From positions 1 through 56,109 of the forward strand of contig CAYNEJ010000003.1 of assembly GCA_964396205.1 (NCBI GenBank): a stretch of 56,109 nt of DNA, given 5' to 3'. A program made the position numbers and the translations under genes. Position 1 is the first letter of the stretch; each line of letters opens with the position of its first letter. This document shows, in pieces, positions 8,697 to 17,739 of this stretch. Under the pieces are notes generated by a model. It did not search any database. It saw only the letters and a list, made by a program, of their open reading frames with translations, and was not told where the DNA came from. This stretch comes from an uncultured Syntrophaceae bacterium. GTDB lineage: Bacteria > Desulfobacterota > Syntrophia > Syntrophales > PHBD01.

Positions 8697-9629
8697 ATGA
8701 GTCTGAATTCAACTTTCCCCATGCGGGACGTATTCGATTTTGCGGGTTTTTTTGCGGGACGCCTCTTTCTTCGGCGAAAGACCCCCCTCCTGGCGAGCTT
8801 CAAGATCACCTGGCGATGCAACCTGGCCTGCAGGGGCTGCCCCTTTCACCGCCGGGCCAAACGGCCCGGGAATTCCATGGACTGGGATACGGTCCGCCGC
8901 GCTCTGGACTCGCTGGCGGAGATGGGGACCCGGATCGTCGTCTTCGAGGGAGGCGAGCCCTTTCTCTGGGAAGACCGCGGGCACACCCTGGACGATGCCC
9001 TGGGCTATGCGAAAGGCCTCTTTACCCGGGTTGCCGTGACGACCAACGGCACCTTTCCCCTCCGGGGGCCGGCGGATATCCTCTGGGTGAGCCTGGACGG
9101 CCGGAAGGAAATCCACGACCGGCTCCGGAGCGGTTCCTTCGAACGGGTCATGAAGAACCTGCGGGAAACCCGTCACCCCAGGGTGCTCGTTCACATCACC
9201 GTCCACCGGGAGAACCGTCGGGAGCTGGAACCGCTGCTGGCGATGCTCCGGGAGATTCCCTCCGTCCGGGGGGTCACGCTGCAGTTCTTCTATCCCTACG
9301 GACAGGGGGAGGCCCCCCTGTCCATGACCCGGGCGGAGCGGCGGGAAACGGTCGAGGAGATCATCGGCCTGAAGGAGCAGGGTTTCCCGATCCTCAACGA
9401 TGCCGGCCGCCTCCGCGCCATGGCGGCGGGTTCGTGGCGATGCCATGACGACATCCTGGTCAACGTGGACCCGGACGGCGCGATCACCCAGGGATGCTAT
9501 GTGAAGAGTCGCGGCGAGGTCCGCTGCCAGGACTGCGGCTTCACCCCCGTGGCGGAGGCGTCGGGTGCGGTGGATCTGCTTCCCGGATCCCTCCGGGCGG
9601 GCTGGTCCGTCTTTCTCTCCCGTTCATAG
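8697..9629 (+). CDS. radical SAM protein with Cys-rich (SPASM-like) C-terminus
   Basis: CNLACRGCPF (CxxxCxxC) near the N-terminus. C-terminal CHDD...GCYVKSRGEVRCQDCGF. Start uncertain (ATG 8697 or 8721 within ORF 8643-9629). Confidence 0.7.
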   Translation: MSLNSTFPMRDVFDFAGFFAGRLFLRRKTPLLASFKITWRCNLACRGCPFHRRAKRPGNSMDWDTVRRALDSLAEMGTRIVVFEGGEPFLWEDRGHTLDDALGYAKGLFTRVAVTTNGTFPLRGPADILWVSLDGRKEIHDRLRSGSFERVMKNLRETRHPRVLVHITVHRENRRELEPLLAMLREIPSVRGVTLQFFYPYGQGEAPLSMTRAERRETVEEIIGLKEQGFPILNDAGRLRAMAAGSWRCHDDILVNVDPDGAITQGCYVKSRGEVRCQDCGFTPVAEASGAVDLLPGSLRAGWSVFLSRS

Positions 9630-9794
9630 GATTGTCCCGAAACGGTGTCATCCCCGAGCGTTTCCGGCCCCGGTCCTCCGGGGATGAAATTTGCCTGGAT
9701 GGGAAGGGATGCCTATCTTTTCCCCGAGGCGCAGATGATTCCTTCGGCACTCGACCGAAGAAATCCTCGAAACCGGCGCCGTTCGGAGAATACC

Positions 9795-9962
9795 ATGAAC
9801 GATTTCTGGATTGTCCTGCTTGTTGTCGCGGTGTGGTTCTTTCTTCAGGCCTACCTGCTGCCGAAGCTTGGAGTCAGTACGTGAATGCGCCCCGCCTGCA
9901 AGGGTGCAGGCAGGGGTGAAGAACCGGACCCGGAGAAAGACCCTCCGTCCCGGTCCTCCTGA
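9795..9962 (+). CDS. candidate small membrane selenoprotein (29-aa TM peptide, 55 aa if UGA 9882-9884 is read as Sec)
   Basis: GGAGAA SD 5 nt before ATG 9795. MNDFWIVLLVVAVWFFLQAYLLPKLGVST-UGA-MRPACKGAGRGEEPDPEKDPPSRSS-UGA. A strong hairpin follows immediately 3' of the first UGA. Speculative. Confidence 0.3.
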
Positions 9963-10846
9963 ATGTCTTCTCCGACGGCGGCGTGATTCCGGCCGCCGTT
10001 GACTTTCCCGAAGCCCGCGTCCAGCAGCCGTTCCGTCTCGCTCGCCCGGAGCTTCGGCGTCCGGGCCCCCAGGACCACCGCCATCATCCGGACGTTGTCG
10101 CGTTTTGCCGTGGCGATGATGTTGTAGCCGGAGGCGCAGACGAAGCCCGTCTTGATTCCATCCGCCCCGGGGTAGTGGGCCAGGAGCCGGTTCCGGTTGC
10201 GCAGGATCTTGTTGTGATAGGTGTATTCCCGCATGGAATGGATGGTGAGGGATTCGGGGAAGCGGTCCAGGTAGGAACGGGACAGCGTCATCATGTCCCG
10301 GGCCGTCGTGACCTGCCCCTTGGCCGGTAGGCCGTGGGGATTCATGAAGCGGGTCCGGGTCATCCCCAGCTCCCGGGCCTTTCCGTTCATCCGGGCCACG
10401 AAGTTCGCCGCGCTTCCTCCGCCCAGGTGCTCCGCCACGGCCTGGGCCGCGTCATTGGCCGAGGCCACGGAGATCCCCTTGATCAGCTCGATGAGAGGCA
10501 CCTTTTCCCCTTTTTCGAGAAACATCGTGGTGCCTTTCGTGGCGTAGGCCTTCCCGCTGACGGACACCGGGTCGCTCACGCGGACCCTGCCCTGCTGGAG
10601 GTCTTCGAAGACCAGGTAGAGGGTCATGATCTTGGTCAGTGATGCCGGCGGAATCATCTGGTCCGGGTTCTCGGCGAAGAGTGTGGCGCCGGTGTTGTGG
10701 TTCACCACGAGGGCCGACTTGAGAATAGGGGCCGGCGGTGCCTTCCCGGCCTTGACCCGGGCCTTCTTCGCCTTGGCCAGGGCGGCCGACGGGACAACAA
10801 GAAGCAGGAGAATGAGAACGACGGCGATGACTCTCCGATATTGCAT
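9851..10846 (-). CDS. D-alanyl-D-alanine carboxypeptidase (peptidase S11, PBP5/6-like)
   Basis: Start taken at ATG 10846 (MQYRRVIAVVLILLLLVVPSAALA signal peptide). SxxK = SLTKIM, KTG = IKTGF. Low-complexity C-terminal tail. Confidence 0.8.
   Translation of the reverse strand: MQYRRVIAVVLILLLLVVPSAALAKAKKARVKAGKAPPAPILKSALVVNHNTGATLFAENPDQMIPPASLTKIMTLYLVFEDLQQGRVRVSDPVSVSGKAYATKGTTMFLEKGEKVPLIELIKGISVASANDAAQAVAEHLGGGSAANFVARMNGKARELGMTRTRFMNPHGLPAKGQVTTARDMMTLSRSYLDRFPESLTIHSMREYTYHNKILRNRNRLLAHYPGADGIKTGFVCASGYNIIATAKRDNVRMMAVVLGARTPKLRASETERLLDAGFGKVNGGRNHAAVGEDIQEDRDGGSFSGSGSSPLPAPLQAGRIHVLTPSFGSR
9890..9916 (+). promoter_or_regulatory. candidate SECIS-like hairpin, or a terminator-like hairpin between convergent genes
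   Basis: CCCC GCCUGC AAGGGU GCAGGC A GGGG: 6 bp plus 4 bp stem with one bulged A and a 6-nt loop. Loop GGU falls at +22 to +24 from the U of UGA. Confidence 0.35.
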
Positions 10847-10989
10847 GGGTCGGTTCCCCTTGAGTTTGAAAGATTCGGGGGCCGCCAGGGGGCGGCTGCG
10901 TTGAAACATACGGGATTGAGCGGTGCAACGCAAGGAAAAATCGGGTTCTGGAGAAGACGGGAGGTGCCGGACTCCCGGAAACAAAGGGT

Positions 10990-12351
10990 TTACACATCAC
11001 TGCCGAAGCGTTCCAGGTAGGGTGCCATGTCGAACTTCCGTTTAAGCCCCGCGGCGTTCATATAGCGGACTTTCCCGAAAATGGTTCGCTCCCCCCAGGG
11101 CCGGTCGTGCTTTCCGAGGCACCAGGCCACCCCGGCAAAGCCGTTGGGGTCGCGGCCGTCCAGCTCCCAGCGATTGTTCAGCGCGAGCATTGTCCGAAAG
11201 GCATCCGCCGGGGAAGCGCTCCATTCGAGAATCTTTTTTCCCCAGTACATCCGCATGTAGTTGTGCATCTTCCCCGTCCGGACCATTTCCCGCTGGGCCG
11301 CGTTCCAGAAGGGATCGTGGGTCCGGGCCTCCTCGAGGTCATGGAGGCCGTATCGGTATTCCCGGGGATCCCGATCATGATCTGCCAGGGTCCGCCGGGC
11401 CCAGGCCGGGACGGCCCCTTCATAGGCGTCGTAGGTCGGATTGTAGTGGACGAAATTCACGGCCAGCTCCCTCCGGACGATCAGCTCCTCCAGGAAGGCG
11501 TCCTTCGCGGCCGGGTTCCCGCGCCGGGATGCCCGGACGGCCAGGGCGATCTCCAGGGGAGACACGTGGCCGAAGTGCAGGTAAGGGCTCAGGTCCGAGA
11601 CCGCATCGGAACCGGGGATGTTCCGCCCCGTATGGTAGCGGTCCAGGGCGGTGTCAAGAAAACGCTTCAGGCGTTTCCCCGCCTCGCCGGGGCCGCCCCG
11701 GAAGGAATCGACGGGTGGCACGCTCCGGTCCAGAGGAAGAGTGCGCAGGACGGCCTCCGGGTCGTCCAGGGAGAGGCCGGGCAGACGAAGACCCAGGGAG
11801 TCGCGCTTCACCGGTGTCTCTTCCAGGGGATGCAGGAAATCCGACAGGCGGGCCCGAATCTTCGGCCGCAGCGTAGCGGCGCTGAACTCCTCCTTCGGCG
11901 ATGCCGACTCCACCGGAACGATCACGTCCGATTCGACCTGGATAAGCGGGCAGGGAGCCTCCCGGGCGGCGGACTCCCGCCAGGCCTTCTGGATCCTCAG
12001 ATAGCCGCGGTCCGTCACGGCCAGGGCGGCATCCCGGCACAGCTCCAGGGCGCCCCTCTCCGGAGAGGCGGCCCGGACAACCAGGGCGACGCCCCGTTTT
12101 CCCAGGTCATTCTGAACTTCCCGAAGTCCCTCCAGGAGAAACCGGTAGTGCCGCAGGTTCGCCTCGGGGAAGTCCGGCGTGAGGCCGAAGAAGGCCACGA
12201 CGGGAAGACCCAGCCCGTTGGCCTCCCGGACGGCGAACTCCAGGGCGTGGTTCCAGGACGCCCGCTGGGACGCCTGCATCCAGTAAAGGACCCAGCGCCC
12301 CCTCCGGGGGGACTCACGATTCAGGGGAGTGATGCGCTCGGGGTGGATCAT
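10990..12351 (-). CDS. phr: deoxyribodipyrimidine photolyase (class II CPD photolyase-like)
   Basis: 453 aa. N-terminal WVLYWMQASQR and C-terminal FAD-binding region (MHNYMRMYWGKKILEW) typical of class II photolyases. Confidence 0.8.
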   Translation of the reverse strand: MIHPERITPLNRESPRRGRWVLYWMQASQRASWNHALEFAVREANGLGLPVVAFFGLTPDFPEANLRHYRFLLEGLREVQNDLGKRGVALVVRAASPERGALELCRDAALAVTDRGYLRIQKAWRESAAREAPCPLIQVESDVIVPVESASPKEEFSAATLRPKIRARLSDFLHPLEETPVKRDSLGLRLPGLSLDDPEAVLRTLPLDRSVPPVDSFRGGPGEAGKRLKRFLDTALDRYHTGRNIPGSDAVSDLSPYLHFGHVSPLEIALAVRASRRGNPAAKDAFLEELIVRRELAVNFVHYNPTYDAYEGAVPAWARRTLADHDRDPREYRYGLHDLEEARTHDPFWNAAQREMVRTGKMHNYMRMYWGKKILEWSASPADAFRTMLALNNRWELDGRDPNGFAGVAWCLGKHDRPWGERTIFGKVRYMNAAGLKRKFDMAPYLERFGSDV

Positions 12352-12665
12352 GGCATTTGGATCGCAACAAAAAAGGATTGATCTTTTCCGGGGAGAACAG
12401 GCACCCCAGGCATCAATTGCAATGGCCGTGAAAAAGATAGCACAGGTCGACCTCTCCCGGCTACTGCCAGCCGGGCGGCGGGGGGAAAATTCGCAAACCC
12501 GCCGCCGCGGGACCTCCGGAATGTCTTTTTTTTACAGGTGTATCAGGCCTTCCCGGCGGATTCTTGTCCTTTCCCTTTCGATATTGATCCGGGATCGATC
12601 AAGGCCGCGGAAATGGAGGGGGCGGTTGGAACCGCGAGGATGCAAAGCGAATTGCAGGCAGATGC

Positions 12666-12735
12666 CTCTCCGGGTTGGCAGCCTCTACGCAGCCACCCGG
12701 AGAGGCGGGACTGTCAGGTAAGCCCCGACAGTCCC
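12666..12735 (-). terminator. two tandem GC-rich hairpins downstream of the catabolic operon (no U-tract)
   Basis: Perfect 10-bp stem CTCTCCGGGT/ACCCGGAGAG (12666-12704) and perfect 9-bp stem GGGACTGTC/GACAGTCCC (12707-12735), just 3' of the stop at 12749. Confidence 0.35.
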
Positions 12736-12748
12736 GGACAGCAATCGG

Positions 12749-14230
12749 TCAGCGTTCGCTGCCTGCCTTTTCTGCAGGGTGTTTCTTTTCTTTGATCCCG
12801 GCCCATTCTCTGGCAACGCCGACGGACGCCTTCAGGTCGTAATGGCTCCGGACAAAGATGTCACAGGCCGCCGGCGATCCTGCCGCATTGACACCCCAGC
12901 CGATGAAATACCCCGTAAACTTGGAGGAAGCGATCTCCTGGGCCAGATAGAGGGCTCTCAGGCGCTCTTCCGTCGTGTACCGGGCGTTCCCGAACAGGTA
13001 ATCGTCCATCCATTTTTTTGTCACCGGATTCCGGTAGTCCGCCTCGACGGGCATCGTGCAGATGATGCCGCCGGAGACGTCGTGCAGGAGCTGGATCTGC
13101 TCCCCCGTCAGCTTCTTGATGTAGGTGACGCCGGCGTTGGAGATGGCCGTGCTGGGGATGAAGATTCCCCCGGCGTGCTGCCGCCCCTCCATGGCCGCCC
13201 CGAGGGAGCACCCGTAGGCGACCTCCGCCTCCGTCATCAGGTGGGTGATCTTTTCCCGGATGTGGCTGATCCGGTCCGTCCCGTTGACGTCGGCCACCAG
13301 GGAGGCCACCCCGCAGACCAGGTCCGTGTGCCCCGCCAGGCACGCGCACTTCGACTGGCGGTGGATGTTGGAGAACAGGAAAGGCAGCTGCGCCGCCATG
13401 TCCCATTCGCCGCACATGAACACCCTTTCCCAGGGAACGAAAACATCGTCAAAGATGACCGTCCCCTCCACGATCCCGATTTCGGACCCGATCGGATTCT
13501 CCATGTCATGATCGGGAGCGGAACTGTCCCGGTTCGGCGCCGGCCTGACGATGAAGTGAACTCCTTTTTCATCCGATGGCACGGCAAACGCAACGGCGTA
13601 ATCTTTCTCGCCTTCCGTCAGCGCCGTGCACGGCACAGCGAACGTGTACAGGGAGCAGGTCGCATATGAATTGCTGACTTTCGCCCCCCGGACGACAATG
13701 CCCTTCTTATCCTTCTTTACGATTTTGACTCCCGGACTGCCCTGCTTCTGCTGGTCCAGCTTCAGCGACCGGTCGCCCTTGGGGTTCATCATCGCCCAGA
13801 AGCAGTCGTAATCGTTCTTCATCAGGAACCCGGCGAACTCCTTGAAACGCTGGTGATACTCCGTGCCGTATTTCCGGTCGATATCATGGGTCAGCGTCCA
13901 GAGAATGCACAGGCTGTTGGACATGCACCACCCGCAGATGTGGTGGCGACAAACCTGCCGGGTCAATTGGGCCTTCTTCAGGGAATCTTCCTGAGTCGTC
14001 TGGAGCTTATGCGTAAACCGCCGAACCGGCTCATCCACGAAAGGCTCGTGGCATACGGCGAGATCCCTGTATTTTTCATCAAAGCAAATATCATGGTTCA
14101 GGGCGACAAGATTGAATGAGGACCGGAACCGGGGGTCTTTCTGGTAATTTTCGACCTTTTGCCCCATCATGTAGATGCTCGGTTTCATTCTCTCCATATC
14201 ATCCCGATATTGAGCACCTGTTTTTATCAT
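12749..14230 (-). CDS. 4-hydroxybutyryl-CoA dehydratase / 4-hydroxyphenylacetate 3-hydroxylase family protein (AbfD-like)
   Basis: 493 aa. N-terminus MIKTGAQYRDDMERMKPSIYMMGQKV and overall layout resemble AbfD/HpaB-fold proteins. Cys cluster CRHHICGWC. GGAGGAAGAAGGAA SD. Confidence 0.65.
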   Translation of the reverse strand: MIKTGAQYRDDMERMKPSIYMMGQKVENYQKDPRFRSSFNLVALNHDICFDEKYRDLAVCHEPFVDEPVRRFTHKLQTTQEDSLKKAQLTRQVCRHHICGWCMSNSLCILWTLTHDIDRKYGTEYHQRFKEFAGFLMKNDYDCFWAMMNPKGDRSLKLDQQKQGSPGVKIVKKDKKGIVVRGAKVSNSYATCSLYTFAVPCTALTEGEKDYAVAFAVPSDEKGVHFIVRPAPNRDSSAPDHDMENPIGSEIGIVEGTVIFDDVFVPWERVFMCGEWDMAAQLPFLFSNIHRQSKCACLAGHTDLVCGVASLVADVNGTDRISHIREKITHLMTEAEVAYGCSLGAAMEGRQHAGGIFIPSTAISNAGVTYIKKLTGEQIQLLHDVSGGIICTMPVEADYRNPVTKKWMDDYLFGNARYTTEERLRALYLAQEIASSKFTGYFIGWGVNAAGSPAACDIFVRSHYDLKASVGVAREWAGIKEKKHPAEKAGSER

Positions 14231-14279
14231 TTCCTTCTTCCTCCCGATGTCGGAAACGATCCTTGCAGAAGGGAGCCGG

Positions 14280-15965
14280 CTATTCCGGCTTGGCCGCTCC
14301 GGCCCTCTTTTCGGCTTCCTGCTGCAGGACCTTCACGTTCACTTTTCCTTCGGCCGTCGTGGGCCACGGACCTTCCCATTCAAGGATCATCTTGGGGATC
14401 TCGTAATTCGCCATTCTTCCCTTGCACACCTTCTTGAGCTCCTCGACGTTCCGGAGCTTCTGCCCGGCCTTGATCCGGACCAGGGACACCAGCTTTGCTC
14501 CCCAGTAGGGGTCCGGGACGCCGAATGTCTGGACATCCTCGAATTCAGCCGGGAACAACTCCAGGAGCAGCGTGGAGACGTATGTCGTGGATACATTCTC
14601 GCCGCCCGTCTTGATGACGCCGCCCATCCGGCCCAGGAACACGAGATACCCATTCTCCATCATCCCGAAGTCCCCGCTCTTGATATACCCTTCATCGTCG
14701 AAGACTTCCTTCGATTCCTTCTCCTGCTTGTAGTACCCCTTGAAGCTGAAGGGGCTCCGGTAGCGGATTTCACCCTGCTTTCCGTCGGGAAGCTTTTCGC
14801 CCGTGCCGATGTCCTTGATCACAAGCTCGACGCCGGGGACGGCCCGCCCGTTTGTGTATTTCCGGATGCGGTGGACGGAGCAGTCGTATTCACCGAGCGT
14901 GACCAGGGGCCCATTTTCGGTCTGGGCGTAGAGCCTCTGGATGTTCGCCTCCGCCTCATCCACCTGCATCATGTCCTGGATGATCATATCATACGACTGG
15001 GCGCTGATCGCTCCATTGATCTTACGGATCGTGAATTTCGTGTTTTTTGCCTTCATCGCCTGCCGCATCGCCACGAAATGGGCGTCAAAGCCCAGTGTGC
15101 AGGTGCAGCCGTACCTGTCGATCACCTCGACCACCTCGATGGGGTTGAAGGTGTCCGTCAGGAAAAGTGTGGAGCCGCAGTAGGTGAGGGCCAGGTTGAT
15201 CGCGTAGATGCCGCTGTTGTGGTAGAAAGGTGCGATGTTCATGTACTTGTCGTTTTCATTGTAATCCTGGCCCTTGGCCGCATAATGGACCGTTCCCAGG
15301 GGCGGCCGGTGGTCCCAGAGGGCGCTTTTCGACAGGCCCGTCGATCCGGAGGTCTGGCAGATGAACTGGATGTCCGTCGGCTCCGCATCCATGACGAGCC
15401 GTCGCATCGCGTCCCCGTCATAGCCCGCCCCACCATCGATCAGGCCGTGAAGATCCAGGAACCCCTCGTACTTGTTCCCTTCCTTGCTGCAGCTGACCAG
15501 GTGGCTCAGGGCGGGGACGCTCTTCGAGGAGACGCGGCCTTCGCCGAACACGAGATCGGGGATGCAGTCCCGCATGAGCCCGATGTAATCGCGGCCTCCG
15601 TACCGGTCGACCGTCACGATCATCTTCGGGTCGTTTCTCTTGAGGATGCCCGTGAATTCGATCTGTCCCCACAGCAGGTTCAGGGGATTGATCACCGCCC
15701 CGACCTGCAGGACGGCGAAGTAGAGGTAGACGAAGTCCGGGGTTGGGGAGGGCAGCATGCAGACCCTGTCCCCCTTTCCCAGCCCGAGCTTCATGAGCGA
15801 GCCGGCGAGACGGTTCACCCTGTCCTGAACTGCCGCGTAGGAGATGTCATCCCCTCCATAGACGATGGCCGTCTTGTCCGGCCGATCCAGGCAGACCTCG
15901 TAGAACAGTTTCTGCACGGTTGACTTGTGCCATTCATTTTTGCTGAATCTTTCCTGAATCAACAT
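14280..15965 (-). CDS. AMP-dependent acyl-CoA synthetase/ligase
   Basis: AMP-binding motif (ICQTSGSTGLSK), GYYKQ and SGDFG motifs. Start set at ATG 15965 with an AAGGAGA SD (the ORF extends to 15998). Confidence 0.85.
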   Translation of the reverse strand: MLIQERFSKNEWHKSTVQKLFYEVCLDRPDKTAIVYGGDDISYAAVQDRVNRLAGSLMKLGLGKGDRVCMLPSPTPDFVYLYFAVLQVGAVINPLNLLWGQIEFTGILKRNDPKMIVTVDRYGGRDYIGLMRDCIPDLVFGEGRVSSKSVPALSHLVSCSKEGNKYEGFLDLHGLIDGGAGYDGDAMRRLVMDAEPTDIQFICQTSGSTGLSKSALWDHRPPLGTVHYAAKGQDYNENDKYMNIAPFYHNSGIYAINLALTYCGSTLFLTDTFNPIEVVEVIDRYGCTCTLGFDAHFVAMRQAMKAKNTKFTIRKINGAISAQSYDMIIQDMMQVDEAEANIQRLYAQTENGPLVTLGEYDCSVHRIRKYTNGRAVPGVELVIKDIGTGEKLPDGKQGEIRYRSPFSFKGYYKQEKESKEVFDDEGYIKSGDFGMMENGYLVFLGRMGGVIKTGGENVSTTYVSTLLLELFPAEFEDVQTFGVPDPYWGAKLVSLVRIKAGQKLRNVEELKKVCKGRMANYEIPKMILEWEGPWPTTAEGKVNVKVLQQEAEKRAGAAKPE

Positions 15966-16064
15966 GTCTGTTCTCCTTTTTGATGAAAGGTGATCCATTT
16001 CTCTGGAGGGCGATCCCCACTGCCTCCCCAGGCTTCAGCGGACGCGCCGCGACTTCCCCCGCAA

Positions 16065-17213
16065 TCAGCCGAACTTTGCCAGCAGCTCTCTGGCTATGAT
16101 CAGTTTCTGAATCTGGGTGGTCCCCGCCCCAATTTCTATACCCTTGATATCCCGATACATTCTTTCTATCGGGAACTCACTGATGTACCCGTAACCGCCG
16201 AGGATCTGCAGCGCCTTGTTCACCACTTCCATCCCCACGTGGGAGTTGAAAACCTTTGCGTAGGACGCCTCGAGGGTGACCCTCTTTCCCGAGTCGGCTT
16301 CCGTGGCTGCCCAGTATCCCAGGATCCTACCGGCCTGGATCAGGGTCGCCATGTCCGCCAGCATTTCCTGGACCATCTGAAATGAGGCGATGGGCTTGCC
16401 GAACTGCACTCTCTGCTTCGCGTAGCGGATGGCGACGTCGAAAGCGCCCTGGGCCATGCCGACCGGGAGAATCGAGTAGGTGATCCGTTCGCGGTCCAGG
16501 CCGTTCATGAGCACCTGGATGCCCTTGTTTTCGCCCAGCAGCACGTTCCGGGCGGGCACTTCGCAATTTTCAAAGATGAGTTCCCCGGTGGGCGACCCCT
16601 TTACGCCCATCTTCTTGAGCGATCTTCCCCTGGCAAAACCCGGGAAGCCGTTCTCCACGATGAAGGCGGTGATTCCACGGGCCCCCGCTGCCGGATCCGT
16701 CTTGGCGTACACGATCACCACGTCCGCCACGGGACCGTTGGTGATGAACATCTTGCTTCCGTTGAGGATGTAGGAATCGCCCTTCTTCTCGGCCCTCGTC
16801 CTCATCGACAGGGCGTCGGATCCCGCCTCCGGCTCCGTGATGCCGATGGCACCGATCTTTATCCCCGCGATCAGGTCGGGCAGGTACTTCTTCCGCTGTT
16901 CGTCATTTCCGTTCCGGCACAGGTTTTCCGTGCAGAGAATCGAGTGCGCCCCGAAGGTGTTGGCGGTGGCCGCGCATCCCCTGGCGAGCTCTTCCATGAC
17001 GAGCTGGCAGGACAGAAGATCGACACCGCTTCCGCCGAATTCCTGGGGGATGGAAATCCCGAAAAGCCCCATTTCCGCCATGGTCCGGAAGTTCTTTTCG
17101 GGAAACAGCCCGTCCTCGTCGATCTCGGGTGCCAGCGGGATCACCTGGTTATCCACGAATCGGGCGACGGATTCCTTCAAAAGCCTCTGTTCCTCATTCA
17201 ACTGAAAATCCAT
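16065..17213 (-). CDS. acyl-CoA dehydrogenase
   Basis: 382 aa. MDFQLNEEQ N-terminus, GITEPEAGSD, C-terminal QIxGGYGY and a catalytic Glu region (IYEGT-like IEIGAGT). GGAGG SD. Confidence 0.9.
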   Translation of the reverse strand: MDFQLNEEQRLLKESVARFVDNQVIPLAPEIDEDGLFPEKNFRTMAEMGLFGISIPQEFGGSGVDLLSCQLVMEELARGCAATANTFGAHSILCTENLCRNGNDEQRKKYLPDLIAGIKIGAIGITEPEAGSDALSMRTRAEKKGDSYILNGSKMFITNGPVADVVIVYAKTDPAAGARGITAFIVENGFPGFARGRSLKKMGVKGSPTGELIFENCEVPARNVLLGENKGIQVLMNGLDRERITYSILPVGMAQGAFDVAIRYAKQRVQFGKPIASFQMVQEMLADMATLIQAGRILGYWAATEADSGKRVTLEASYAKVFNSHVGMEVVNKALQILGGYGYISEFPIERMYRDIKGIEIGAGTTQIQKLIIARELLAKFG

Positions 17214-17715
17214 TTGAGCCTCCTGGTCTTCTGTATTGGTCGATCAGCGCAAAGTGCTTGATGTCCATAATCTTCCCGGTCCTCGTCTCTTCGAAGACGG
17301 CCTTCACCCGGGCGCCCACCTTCACTTTCTCCCGGTCGACGCTGTCGAGAAAGTGCGGCAGCGCGGTGTCAGCACCGTCCAGACGGATGAAGGCCGTCCC
17401 GTACGGAACCGGACGCGCGATCCCCGTATTGGGATCCACGAACCCGAACTCGATGATTGCGCACGCGACGATTTCCCCTTCATCCGAGACCGGGACCAGG
17501 TCCTCCATTTTCATGTGGCACCGGCCGCAAACACTCCTCGGGGGCACGTACACCCGGTTGCATCCGGGGCATCGAGCGCCGAGGAACCTTTTCTCCACTT
17601 TGATTGTGTTCAGGAATTCAGCCCCCAAGCGGCCCAGGGAATACGAATAGGGCTGATACATATCTCCAGACGTTACATGGAGCAGTTCGGTCTGCCCCGT
17701 TTTGCGATCCGCCAT
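17194..17715 (-). CDS. DUF35 OB-fold / zinc-ribbon acyl-CoA-associated protein
   Basis: Zn ribbon CPGCNRVYVPPRSVCGRC followed by an OB fold. ATG 17715 is preceded by GGAGGA. The 3' end overlaps the ACAD start by 20 nt. Confidence 0.75.
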   Translation of the reverse strand: MADRKTGQTELLHVTSGDMYQPYSYSLGRLGAEFLNTIKVEKRFLGARCPGCNRVYVPPRSVCGRCHMKMEDLVPVSDEGEIVACAIIEFGFVDPNTGIARPVPYGTAFIRLDGADTALPHFLDSVDREKVKVGARVKAVFEETRTGKIMDIKHFALIDQYRRPGGSNGFSVE

Positions 17716-17739
17716 TCCATCCTCCACGCATCGTGATCT

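Noticed and set aside
8543-9448. Alternative-frame ORFs across the radical SAM gene (301 aa plus strand; 245 aa minus strand at 8709-9446).
   Set aside because: Only the 8643-9629 frame contains the CxxxCxxC motif and a protein-like composition. The others are Pro/Gly/Arg-rich shadows.
12470-12535. Hairpin GCGGCGGG...CCCGCCGC followed at a distance by T8, as a plus-strand terminator.
   Set aside because: No plus-strand gene ends upstream of it, and the T-tract is about 20 nt from the stem. It may contribute to minus-strand termination, but the evidence is weak.
12329-12721. 130-aa plus-strand ORF in the photolyase/AbfD intergenic region.
   Set aside because: It runs through several GC-rich hairpins and a T8 tract and is Arg-rich with no SD. 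The region is better explained as operon terminators plus the photolyase promoter.
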